Shown here: positions 35,745 to 48,479 of the stretch, one piece after another
Layout: every line of letters starts with the position of its first letter
How positions within the stretch are numbered: position 1 is the stretch's first letter
Source of the DNA: Octopus bimaculoides
Taxonomy: Eukaryota
Length of the DNA stretch: 59,499 bases
NCBI RefSeq assembly: GCF_001194135.2
Contig: NC_068982.1
Span: forward strand, 85,573,605 to 85,633,103
Reading direction: 5' to 3'
The notes under the pieces: model-generated
The model's input: only the letters and a program-made list of their open reading frames with translations
Told to the model about the DNA's origin: nothing
The model's database searches: none
Program-made: the position numbers and the translations under genes

Positions 35745-36760
35745 ACAGAATAAATGCTAAAAATTACAGGTCTATCTCTCTGACCTCACATTTTAGTAAG
35801 ATGATGAAATATGTTATAGAAGAAGACTAATCACAATTCTAGAAAAAAGTTAGCTTGTTCATCAAAATGATACATAACTTCAGTGCAGAGAAGAGCTGAC
35901 TCTCACAGCTACTACAGCATTATGACTGGGTACTGAAACAACAGCTGAACCCCTCATATGGGGATGTGATATATCTCAATTTTACCAAGGCCTTTGACAA
36001 AGTTAACCATGGGATGATATGTCCTTGGTATCACAGGAAAACTAGGGGAGTGACTGGGGAGACATTAATACTAAGTGAAGTCCCTCAGGAAACTACTGGG
36101 ACCCTAGTACTGTTTATAGTGGCTCTCTCAGACATGCCCTCAGCCATACAGTCAGCCACTCTCACCAGCTAATTGCAAGCAGTCAAGGACTGCGACAACA
36201 TCCTGAAACTACAGCAAGATCTGAATGCAATATACAAGACTCTACTGTCAGCTGACAAACAAACTGCAATCAGAATATACAGAACCAATGGGTAGCACAA
36301 TCCCAGAGTCAGCAGCACAATGCAAAGCATCAAACTAACAATGAAACTCAAGGCAGCCCAATGCCACTACACAAAATTATTGACCCCGTTCAACTTCAAC
36401 ATGCTATAAGAACTAGGACACTACTCCCTAGAGATAAAACACAAAAAATATGTAGTGATATGTGTGTGTGTGTAAGAACCTAAAAGGTTTAGCTCCCAAC
36501 TTTGGGATTGAAAGATCTTCAAGCCACTAAACTGGACATCACTGCATAGACCTAATGATCCTGCTCTCTCCATCTAGAGTAAGAATCCAGTATTGTAACA
36601 GCTTAGATTTCAAGGGCACACAGTTTTCCAACAGTCTGCCAAGAAACCTGAGATCTGTGGGATGTAGTCATGTGTTCAAAGATCATCTGAACAAATTTTT
36701 ATATAAATGTTTAGATCTACACACTGTAGGAAACAAGAGTAACACTACATTGGCAGAAAC
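35745..36760 (+). mobile_element. Degenerate CR1/L2-type LINE RT fragment
   Basis: NYRSISLTSH, DVIYLNFTKAFDKVNHG, VPQ and LQQDLNAIY motifs. Confidence 0.7.
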
Positions 36761-36989
36761 TGCTACAAAAATGGGTGTGAAATTAAAAAGCAATCATAAT
36801 AAAGGCAGTGTCTCAGCAAGGTTACAGCTTCTGGCTGAAACCAGTAAATGTAAAAGTAAAAGTATACATACAAGGTCTGTCTGAAAAGTAACAGGAGTGG
36901 TGTCACAAACAATTTATTTCAATTTCAAACAACAATCTTCATGGGTTCCCCTTCAAAGTAATCTCCCTTGAGTCTAATGCACAGCATTA

Positions 36990-37945
36990 CCGCCAAAGGT
37001 CGCAGTCACTTGTCATCACTGTCATGAGGCCCATCATTCAAAAATCATGCTTCACCACCTTGTCCCTTGTTTCCACGAGGCCCAACATTCAAAGATCATG
37101 CTACCAGCATGATTGAGTCTATTTTCCATACATTTTTAGTGTTTATTGTACATGTGCACCCCCCACACACAAAAACTATTTTCCAAGTTAACCTAACTCT
37201 GATATTGCTGCACCTCTTATGTGTCCATAGCTTACACAGGACATGTCATATGGAGTTTCTGCCTATGCCTTTTCTACATATCGATCAGGGTCATTAACCC
37301 GAAGGAATTTGTGATTTGTCCTACTTACTAAAACTTTGGTTTTTGGCTAAATTAACTCTAAGGTCCTTTGATTTTAGACCTTGCTTCCACATCTGACATT
37401 TCTTCTCTTGTTCGCTTGAATCAGCTATAAGAACAAGGTCATCAGCATAAGAACAAGGTCATCAGCATAAGAACAAGGTCATCACCAGGGGCAGCCTGAC
37501 TTAAATTTCTCTGTTATTACCAGGAGGACTATGATGAACAAAAGGGGAATGAAGACTGATCCTTGGTGAACTCCTAATTGTATCTTGAATTCATCACTAT
37601 ATTTATTGCCAACCCTCATCTTATTGACAGTATCTCTATACATGGCTTGTACAGCTCTCACCAACCCTCCTCTATCACTAGTTTCTGCATTGACCACCAG
37701 GTAAGGGAGCAAGGAACCCTGTCAAAGGCTTTTTCCCTGTCAACAAAAGCCAAGTACAAAGGTTTATTTTTGCCTAGGTACTTCTGCAACTGCCTTACCA
37801 GAAATAGAGTATCTGTGGTGCTTCTCCCTTGCACAAAACCAAACTGCATCTCATCTAGACTAACTCTCTCCCTAATTAGTTGGCCTATGACTATCTCTGT
37901 AACTTTCATCACCTAATCCAACAATTTGATACCTCTGTAATTCAG
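36990..37945 (-). mobile_element. RTE LINE RT fragment
   Basis: EMQFGFVQGRSTTD, FVDREKAFDRVP, GVHQGSVF, YADD (tandemly repeated). Confidence 0.85.
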
Positions 37946-37956
37946 TCTAATATATA

Positions 37957-40900
37957 CACATCATCATCATCATCATCGTTTAACGTCCATTTTCTATGCT
38001 GGCATGGGTTGGATGATTTGACTGAGGTTTGGAGAGCCAGCAATTGCACCAGGCTCCAATCTGATCTGGCAATGTTTCTTCAGCTGGATGCCTTCCTAAC
38101 ATCAATCACTCTGAGTGGGTGCTTTTTACATGCCACTGGCACAGGAGCCAGTCAGGGAGGGCCTGGCATCGATCATATTTGGAAGGTGCTTTTTATGTGC
38201 CACTGACATGGGAGCTAGTGAGGCAGTCCTGGCATTGATCACATTCAGATAGTGCTTTTTACGTGCCACCAGCATGGGAGCCAGTCAGTGGGTACTGGCA
38301 TCAGCCATGTTTAGATGGTGATATTTATATGTCACTGGCACAGGAGCCAGTCAGGCGAACCTGGCATCGAATATGTTCAGATGGTGCTCTTTACATGCTA
38401 CCAGGACATGAGCCAGTCAGGGGGCACTGACCACAGCTATAATTTTGGTTCTACTTGACTCAACAGGTCTTCTCAAGCAATACATCGCCCAACACATCAA
38501 AGGTACTCTTAAATGGGCCGAACATGCAACACTGGCATCGGCCATGGTTGTGACCTCACTTTAGTTGCCAGGTCTTCTCAGTCACAGCATATCTCCAAAG
38601 GTCTCAGTCTCCTGCCATTGCCTCTGTGAGGCCCAATGTTTGAAGGTCATGCTTCACAAACCTATCCAATGTCTTCCTGAGTCTACCTTTTCCACAGGTT
38701 CTTTCCACAGTTAGGATGTGGCACTTCCTCATGCAGCTGTCCTCATCCATGCATAACACATGACCATACCCGTGCAGTTGTCTCTCTTGCACACCACATT
38801 TGATGCTTCTTATTCCCAACTTTTTTCTCATGGCACTTACACACTCTTGTGTAAGCACATTACACATCCAGCGGATCATACTAGCTTCATTTCTTTCAAG
38901 CCTATGCTTGTCCTCAGCACTCATGGCCCATGTTTCACTGCTGTGTAGCATGGCACTTCACACACATGCATCATACAATCTACCTTTCACTCCGAGCAAG
39001 AAGCCCTTTGTCACCAGTAGAGGTAGGAGCTTTCTGAACTTTGCCCAGGATATTCTTATTCTAGTGGCAATGTTCTCCGTGCATCCACCCCGCTTGGTCA
39101 CCTGAGTAGTGGAAGCTATCAAATACTTCTAGTTTCTTCCCCTGGCATGTGATGGAATCAGTTTTCTGGGTATCTGCGGTGTGTATTGCCCCTGTGCATC
39201 TACCACAAACAAAAGCTATCTGCCCAGTTAACCTTCCTTTAATGTTACTGCACTTCTTATGCATCCATAGTTTACACTGGGTACATCTTATGGAGTTTCT
39301 ACCTACACCATTTCTACAGATCAAGCAGGGCCATCTACTGAAGGGATTTGTGATGTGTTTGCCTTCCTACTTACTAGGACTTTGGTTTTTGCAACATTGA
39401 CTCTAAGGCCCTTTGGTTCTAAACCTTGCTTCCACACCTGAAATTTCTTCTCTTGTTTTGGTTGTGATTCCACTATGAGAGCAAAGTCATCAGCATAGAG
39501 GAGCTCCAAGGGGCAACCTGTCATGAATTCCTCTGTTATTGCCTGAAGGACTATAATGAATAGGAGGGGACTGAGGGCTAATGCTTGGTGAACCCCTACT
39601 ACTACCCGGAATTCTTTACTATACTCATTGCCGACACCTTACTAACGGCATCCCAGTACAGGGCCTGTACAGCTCTTATTAACCAATCGTCAATCCCCAG
39701 TTTCTGCATCACCCACCAGATAAGGGATTGGGGTCCCTGTCAAAGGCTTTCACGAAGTCAACAAAAGCCAAGTATAGGGGTTTATCTTTGGCTAGGTATT
39801 TCTCCTGCAGTTGCCGTACCAGGAATATAGCATCAGTGGTGCTTCTACCTGACACAAAACTGCATCTCATCTAAGCAGACTCTCTCCCTAATTAGTTGGG
39901 CTATGACCCTCTCCATGACCTTCATCACCTAATCCAGCGATTTGATACCCTGAGTTATTTCTATCTAAAGCATCACCTTTACCTTTGTAGCAGTTGACTA
40001 TGGTACTGCTATGCCAGTCATTGGGTATGACTCCTTCGTGAACTACCTGATTTACAATATGGGTGACTAGGCTGTAACCCACGCCACCAGATAATTTTAA
40101 GCATCTCAGGAGTGATTTCTGATGGGCCATGGGCTTTTCCTGATGTCTTGTCCTTACTTGCTTTATTTACCAGAGTGCTATCTATCATGGTAGCTGGTCA
40201 CTTTACTGGGTCAACATTTGGCAAGCTTTCCTCCTCCCATTCATTCTCCACATTCAGCGGCCTTTCATAATGGCTTCTCCAAGCCTCTTTTTTTGCAGAA
40301 TCATTAAAAGCAAGTGCACCATCATCCAATTGGGCACATTTCTCTCCTATGACATCATAATTTTCTCTTACACACTGTCTTGCAATCTGAAATACTTCAG
40401 TTCTTTGATCCTCACGTCACTGAACATTAGCAAACTATTTTTCTGCTTTTCCCTTGGCTATGTATACCTGTTGCCCAGCCTCCCTTCTGGCTATTTGGTA
40501 CAGTTCCCTGCTACCCCCACTCTTCCAGACTGTCCAGGCCTGTTTCTTTGCTCTAATGGCCTTGTCTACTGTATCATTCTACCAATTGTTACTCTAGGTC
40601 TGGAAGGGACTTTGCACCAGCCGCAAACTTGGTCTGTGGTGCTCATTAAGTTGTCGCATAGGAATTTCCAGTTACCCTCTATGTCCAAAGTCTGTAGCTC
40701 CTCCTCCCTCTCATCAAATTTCTCAATGAGGATGTCCCTAATTTTCTGAACATGTGAAGGGTTCCTAAGCTTCTAAATCTTTTTTTTTCTGGATTCATCT
40801 GCTTCTTGACATTCTTCTGGCCTTGAGTCTAAAGTCACTAATAACTAGTCAATGCTGGGGGGTACATTCTTCATAAGGGAGGATCTTTGTATTTAAGAGC

Positions 40901-41560
40901 AGACTTGCATCCCACTGTTTAGTGAAGATGAAATCAATCTGGTTTGCAGAGTCACCTGATTGATAGGTTATCAAGTGGTTGTCTGGCTTCCTGAAGTTAG
41001 TGTTGCAGATTAATAGGTTGCATGCATCACAGAACTCCTGTAGACTAGTTCCCTCTTCATTTCAGGAACCAATTCCATGGCCCACATGAACACCATGGAA
41101 GATACCGGATTGCTGTCCGACATGCCCATTAAAATCTCCAGCCACAAAGATGAGGTCTTTGAGGTAGGCTGTAGATGGGTATCATAAAAGTGGTCCTTCT
41201 GATCGTTTGGTAAGCTTGCTTGTGGGGCGTAGGCAGAGATAATTGTAGCTAATCTATTCTGCAGGACTAGCCTGAGTTTTTTAAGCACTCTATCACATAC
41301 CCCCACTACCTCTATGACCTTATCCACCCATTTCTCTGCAAAGAGTATGCCTACACCCTCTATTCCATCATTGTTACTTTCCCAGAAGAGTTTATACTTA
41401 TGTGCCTTGCCTGTGAGGACCCCGGCTGAAGCTCCTCTCCACCTTACCTCTTGTATGTAGCATACATCAACATGTCTCCGTTCAAACATCTCTACAATGT
41501 CACTAGACCTTCCTTTCAGTGTGCCTACATTGACAGTGCCAGCTCTAAAAACTGGGAAAG
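37957..41560 (-). pseudogene. Near full-length degenerate RTE LINE (APE, RT and 3' UTR)
   Basis: VDVCYIQEVRWRG and SAYAPQ (APE); LLYADDF (RT); (ATC)n tail at 37957; about 60-bp tandem repeats in the 3' UTR at 38105-38430. Confidence 0.9.
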
Positions 41561-42569
41561 GAATGTGGGATGAGGCATGGGGAGGGGAGATGTTATTCAG
41601 TGCCTGAAAAGAAGGTTTTCTTGTTCATTCGATAGACATGCTACACCTGTTCTCACTTTCGACCTTTCATCATTCAAACATTCAAGTGTGTTAAGATTGT
41701 TGCCCGTACTGGGTGTGGGAGTAGGTGTTAGCCACATTGTAAGTATAAGCCTTATGGACATCGTAAAGATGTAAATTTAGGCATTGCTGGTATTGCAGAT
41801 ATAAGTAAGTAAATCAATAAAGATAGATAAAGGAGAATATGAGTATCAATATGCCAATGTTAGATTAAGAAGATGGGCAGATGAACTAGTTGCATTTGTC
41901 CCGGTTGAGAGAGAGGGAGAGTAGATTGCAGATATGATAGAGGATACCAGCAGTGAGGGAGGGGCTTTCCACTGAGAGAAGAGAGATATCTGGTGATGGT
42001 GGTGGGAGGAGAGAGATATCTGGTAATGGTGGTGGGAGGAGAGAGAGAAAGAGATCTAGTATTGGTGGTGGTGGTAGGAATGGGTGGGTGCACTGTGAAC
42101 AGGCAAGGGTTAATTTAGAGAGAGAATACAAAAACAAAAACAAAAAAGTAGCCAACTTGAGAACACAGGAGAGAAGGAAAGATTTCATTTAGATGAAGAA
42201 TTAAGGTGAAAAGAAGGCTGAGAGAGATTAGCAAGTTATATATTGAAGGGTCAATTTAAATATGAAAATATATTTTAGTAAATAATACATATTAAAGTAT
42301 TAATTGCGAATGGTGAATGAATACGTGAATGAATGGTGAATGAATGCAGGAAAAGATCGAAAAATGAGAGAATATCTTAGCTTAGCAATGCACAATTGAG
42401 CATCCAAGAAGCATCAACATTGAAATGAATTGCATGAAACAAGGAGGAAAACATGTGAGTAAAGTATTTTATAGATATGCTATGACTGAGAGTGGACATT
42501 ATGGAGGACGCTTTCTCCCTGGGCTGAAGACAGTAGCAATGATAGTAGTAGAGAGTCTATGTTTCATCC

Positions 42570-44850
42570 TGAGCGAGAGACCCTTAGTTGCCAGCAGAGG
42601 TAGGAGCTCCCTGAACTGTGCCCAGGTTATTCTTATTCTAGCCGCTACTTTCTCAAAGCAACCACCCCCACATAGACTTGGTCACCTATGTAGTAGAAGC
42701 TATCAACTACTTCTAGTTTTTCCCTCTGGCATGTGATGGAATCTGTTTTCTGTAAATCTTCAGTGTTTATTGCACCTGTGCATCTACCACACACAAAAAC
42801 TATCTTCCCAGTTAACCTTCCTTTGATATTGCTGCATCTTTTATGTGTCCATAGCTTACACTGGTACATCTTATGGAGTTTCTACCCATACCTTTTCTAC
42901 AGATTGAGCAGGGCCATCTGCCTGAAGAGATTTGTGATTTGTCAGCCTTCCTACTTACTAGGACTTTGGTTTTTGGTAGGTTAACCTGAAGGCTCTTTGA
43001 TTCTAGGCCTTGTGCGTCCACACTCAAGACTTTGTTTCTAGTTCTGACAGTGACTCGGCTATTAGGTCAAGATCATCAGCATAGAGGAGCTCCCAGGGGA
43101 AGCCTGTCTTGAATTCTTCTGTTATTTCCTGGAGGACTATGATGAATAAGAGAGGGCTGAGGAATGATCCTTGGTGAACCCCTACTTCTACCCAGAATTC
43201 TTCACTGTAGTCATTGCCAACCCTCACCATACTGACAGCATTCCTGTGCAGGGCTTGTACAGCTCTTAGCAACTACTCATCTATCCCCAGTTTCCGCATT
43301 GACCACCAGAAAAGGGATCGGGTCCCAGTCAAAAATTTTCTCCAAGTCAAGAAAAGTCAAGTACAGAGGTTTATCTTTGGCTAAATATTTCTCCTGCAGT
43401 TACCTTACCAGAAATATAGCATCAGTGGTGCTTCTGCCTGGCACAAAAACAAACTGCATCTCATCTAGGCTAACTCTCTCTCTCTAATTAGTTGGGCTGT
43501 GACCCTCTCTGTAACTTTCATCACCTGATCCAATAATTTGATACCCTTGTAGTTATTTCTAACTAAAACATTACCCTTACCTTTATAACAGTTGACTATG
43601 GTGCTGCTACACCAGTCATTAGGTATGACTCCTCCATAAGTAAGTTACCTGATTTACGATGCAAGTGAGAAGACCATAACCCACACCACCCGATATATTA
43701 AGCTTCCCAGCAGTGATTCTTGATGAGCCAGGTGCTTTCCCTGTTTTCATATCCTTAATTGCTTTATCTACCAGAGTGCTGTCAATTAGGGTAGCTGGTC
43801 CTTCAAATGGGAGACTTTTCTCCTCCCATTCATTCTCCACATTCAGCAGTCTTGCGTAATGGCATCGTCAAGCCTCTTTCTTTGCAGAATCATTAAAAGC
43901 AAGTGCACCACCATCCATGCGAACACATTTCTCTCCTATGACATTACAGTTTTCTCTCACACTCTATCTTGCAATCCGAAATACTTCAGTTCTTTGGTCT
44001 TCACACCACTGAACATTGGTAAACTTCTTTTCTGCTACTCACTTGGCTATATACACCTGTCTCTTAGCTTCCCTTTTGGCTATCAGATACATTCTCCTGC
44101 TACCCTCGCTCTTCTAGACATTCCAGGTTTGTTTCTTTGCTCCAATGGCCCTGTCTACAGTATTGTACCACCACTATGTTACCCTAGGTCTGGAAGGGAC
44201 TTTGCACCAGCCACAGATTTTGGTCTGTGGCACTCAGCAAGCTGTCTTGTGGGAATTCCCAGTTGCCTTTGATGTCACAGGACTGTAGCTCCTCCTCCCT
44301 ATTATCAAAGTTCTCGGTAAGGATATCCCTAAATCTCTGACCATGTGAAAAGTTCCTAAGCTTCCAAGTCCTTCTTTTCCAGATTGGTCTGCTTTTTGAC
44401 ATCCTTCTGGCCTCGTGTCTAAAGTCACTAATAACTAGTCTATGTTGGGGGTGGGGTTCTTCACCAGGGAGGGTTTTTGTATCTTAGAGCCACCATGCAT
44501 CTTGCTGTCTAGTGAGAATGAAATCAATCTGTCTAGCAGAGTCGCCTGATTGATAGGTTATCAGGTGGCTGGCTTCCTGAAGTTGGTATTGCAGATCAAA
44601 AGGTTATTTGCATCACAGAACTCCAGGAGCCTAGTTCCCTCTTCATTTCTGGTACCAACTCCATGGCCCCCATGTACACTATGGAAGATACCAGATTGCT
44701 GTCCGACATGCCCATTACAATCTCCAGCCACAAAGATGAGATCATTGTCTCTTGTCTTTGAGGTAGCCAGCAGAAGAATATCATAAAAGTGATCCTTCTC
44801 TTCATTTGGTATGCCTGCTTGTGGGGTGTAAGCAGAGATAATTGTAGCTA
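42570..44850 (-). pseudogene. Degenerate RTE LINE, same family, truncated at both ends
   Basis: GVHQGSFLSPLLF, WELLYADDL, KAPGSS; collinear with 38950-41260. Confidence 0.9.
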
Positions 44851-45559
44851 TACCATTACAAGATTGAAAAAGATTGAAAAAGTGATATATGTTGTTTTGT
44901 TTTCTTTAGAAAAGGAGAAAGAGAAATGAGGAAGAGGAGTAGAGAGTAGAAGAAAGCGTGTATTTTGGGATGGTCTTTGATTAACACATGGCTGATGCAA
45001 AATAACCTTTCAAGGTGTCAATTTTAGGAAGAAGGACAAGAAAAAAAAAAAAGAAAAGAGAATGAAGAAAAATGAAAGGGTAAGACAAAGAAAAGGAAAC
45101 TTCTTTTCAACTATATTGTATCAATGTAGTCAACTTGTTGAAATTTAATTCCAATTCAAGGTGTTATTCCTGATTCAGTATTTTTTTTTAAAGCCTCTCT
45201 TACTCTCTACAAACATGTTACATAGTAACATAATTGTAGATATACACCATTACATTTTGAGGATTGAAAAAGTGATTATTAAGTTAGTACAGTCACAATT
45301 ATAAAGTATGAAATAAATCTAAAAAGTCCAAAGTCCAATGAAAACATACATTTGCTCCAATGTTGATTGATTTCAAAATGAGACATTTGGAGAGAGTCAA
45401 ACTGGAATATTCAAGTACTCGCATTATTCCTCCCTAGTCATATTTTCCAGGAACATTAGCTGGGTACGAGCCTGTGTGAGTGAACTATGTAGTGTTCGTA
45501 ATTTGTTCCATTTGAAAGAGCATCATCTATATTGTTTTTGCTTTTCTTTCAAATGTTAA

Positions 45560-46650
45560 GCTTTGGTAAGAATTTTTTGATAAAATGCAGTTCCATTACC
45601 TTTCAGAACATTGGGTCATCCCTTGAACATTTGTAGAAGGGGAAGCTCTTGAATTTCTTTCTCTACATATTTCTAGATGTTTACTCAGTGGAATCTTGCA
45701 TAGTTCCTCTTGTTGGATATGTTGTCTGTGGATTCTTCCTCATTGGCAAAGGAAATTGTTGGTTTTGCCAATTTAATATTCCTTGCAGCTAGGCAAAATA
45801 ATGCAGTATATGAGGTTCTATGTCTTCCGGTTCATATCTGCATTTATTATGAATGAGAATCCACTTGTAAATTTTATGTGGGAACCACTTTCTAAATATT
45901 TGAAGCTGTTGTTGTTACTGCAGGTTCCACATCTGTTATCTCCACATTCCTATATGAAGAACTCTGATTCACTCTCTGATGTGAATTTTGCCCTTGTGAG
46001 GTGTTTTTAAGATTTTTTTTTTTGGCTGGTGTCTACTATTTTGTAAGAGGTTTTCATCAACCAGCTTTTTCATTCTGGAGCTTTCTAGCAGTATTATTAG
46101 GTTTGATTTAATGTGTGAAAATGTTGGTTACTCCAGGACTGTGTGTATTGATAAATGCAATCACATGTTCATTAATTTTTTCCTTTGGTGTCCTTAGCTT
46201 TGTGATGTTTGGCTTCATCACCTTTATAATCCCATCATTTATTAATTTTAAGGAGTAATTCTTTTTTTTAGGAAGCCTTTGAGTTCATTAAGTCAGATTT
46301 GACATATTTTGGGATCAATTACTATAATACAGACATGTCTTATCATATTGTATGGGATGCTCCTTTTGATGTGTGAGGAATGACAAGAGTAGAAATTCAA
46401 ATATTGGTGTGTGTTCGTCTTTTTGTAAAATATGTATGTCTGTTGTGACTATGGAGATGCATATTTTTACATCTAGGAATGGTAATTCATTATAACTGGT
46501 TCCTGTCATGAATTTGATAGAAGTGTGTTGAGGATGTTACGTACTCTTGCAGTTATAATTAAAAGCTGTCTCCACTTCTTCATAAAGCTTTTCTTCTAAG
46601 AACCCCATGACTATGTTAGCATATGAAAGTGCAACCCTCGTCCCCACACA
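45560..46650 (-). mobile_element. Penelope-like element remnant (RT C-terminal part and GIY-YIG)
   Basis: SYNELPFLDVKI; LIYCIILPSCKEY*IGKT; reverse-complement similarity to 57190-58330. Confidence 0.75.
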
Positions 46651-47431
46651 GATACACATTAAGTCAGTGCTCCAGCATGGCTGGAGTCAAATGACTGAAA
46701 AAAAGAGTAAAAGAATATATATACACATCAAGAGGCATGTAGATGCATATACATCCACGTATACATACATATAAATATGTCCACTCGCACATACAGACAC
46801 ATCCATATATCAATGCATATATATGGAGAGAAGCACACATATATATATAAATGTATGTGTATTTTTTCAGTGTGTACAAATGATATAGAAAAAAAAAATA
46901 AATAGTTACCAGGGTAGTAAATATTTATCTAAGTGTCAAGGATGTTACAGCCTACTTTATAAAGGTAGAAGTTCCAGGGTTTAGTGAAATGTTTCTGTAT
47001 AACACATATAAATTAAGAAATGGAGATAAACACAAGTGTTATTCAAATCTTTATACTTCTGATATATGTTTTGAAGAAAACATTGGTATTATTCCTGAGG
47101 GAATAAAATTATGTAAAATAATGTAATCATCATGTCAGTGAAAATAGAGAAACAAAGCACATCAATAAGCCATTTTAACCGAATGTGATTATCATGTATA
47201 TAATGAAGGGAATGCTGGCAAGCTATTTTTTAAAAAAACCGTTAATAGATTTAACATCAAAAGCAATTTGGGAAAAAGAAGAAAGAAAGAAATCAACAGA
47301 AAATTAAGAGTGGAGAAATATAGTGCAATAGATGAGTGGAAATAAAGCTTAAAGGCATGTAAATAGATATATGTAGTGGAAATGGAATGTAAGAAGACAG
47401 TCAAAAGTAAAATTTTATAGATTAGTAGAAA

Positions 47432-48400
47432 CTACTTATAGGAACTAAAGGTATGTTTTTGCCAATGTTTGCAACAATAAATGTGTTCTTTAAAGATGTT
47501 TACAAGAGAATTCTCTGAGAACAGAATGAGATACTGTTCTTTGGTACAGAGCAGACAAAAGGATTTCTCTTTATCATGTGGAAAGGATCTAGGTAGAATA
47601 TTCCATTCCAAACCAAATTGTTTATTATGTTCCTTTAGAGACCAAAGTAATTTACTAAGCCCAGTATTGTTGAATTTATTGATATGTCTAAATGTAGAGT
47701 AATAGTTAGATATTCTTTTGGACAACTGAGGTGAAGAACTACCTATAAAAAAAAAAGACGTCAGAACTGGAAGTAATTTTACATTGATAAACAGTTTCTA
47801 GTCTTAGAATTACTGCTATAGAAACGAATGCGATTCGAATTTATATCAAAAATACTAATATTGTTGTTATTATTGTTCAAAGAATGGTTAGTGTTAATTA
47901 TATCAGTGTTATTATTTTCCTTAAGTGGATTTGTATTTAACAACTTATTGTTATGCAAAGAGATGATTTATGAAAGGTTTTTGGTGTTTGAAAACCCTAT
48001 TCTAATTCAGTGTGAATTGATAATGGAATGGTGCCTTGAATTTTTGGGGAAATTCTTATTTATAGCTTCACAAAACTAGTAAGGGAGGTTGGATTTGATC
48101 CGCTTACCATCTGGAATTATCAGCCAAACATTTTTACTAGGACCTACCTTATTATTAGTGTAATTATCTTTAAAAGTCCTGAATTTACTTTCAAAACATA
48201 AAACGGGTCTTAAAGAATGGTTATCTCCCTTATGCTGCAAAAACTACATTTTTCGATTTAGTGTTGTTATTCAAACTAATATTTATATTGTTATTACCAT
48301 TATGATGTGTTTTCATGTCCTGATTAATAGAAGTAGAATCAATGTCAATAGGTATAACATAGGTAATTTTTTCTTTATAGCCTGCTTTAAGCAAGGTAGA
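47432..48400 (-). mobile_element. Penelope-like element remnant of a second family (GIY-YIG C-terminus); upstream boundary uncertain
   Basis: KRISNYYSTF...TGLSKLLWSLK...WNIL...CLLCTKEQYLI...CCKHWQK pattern. Confidence 0.55.
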
Positions 48401-48479
48401 GGTATAAAATTCAGTTTTATTGTTGAAGATATCAGCATTGGCAGTTAATCTAGAAAGTCTAAGTAAAATATTTCTAACT

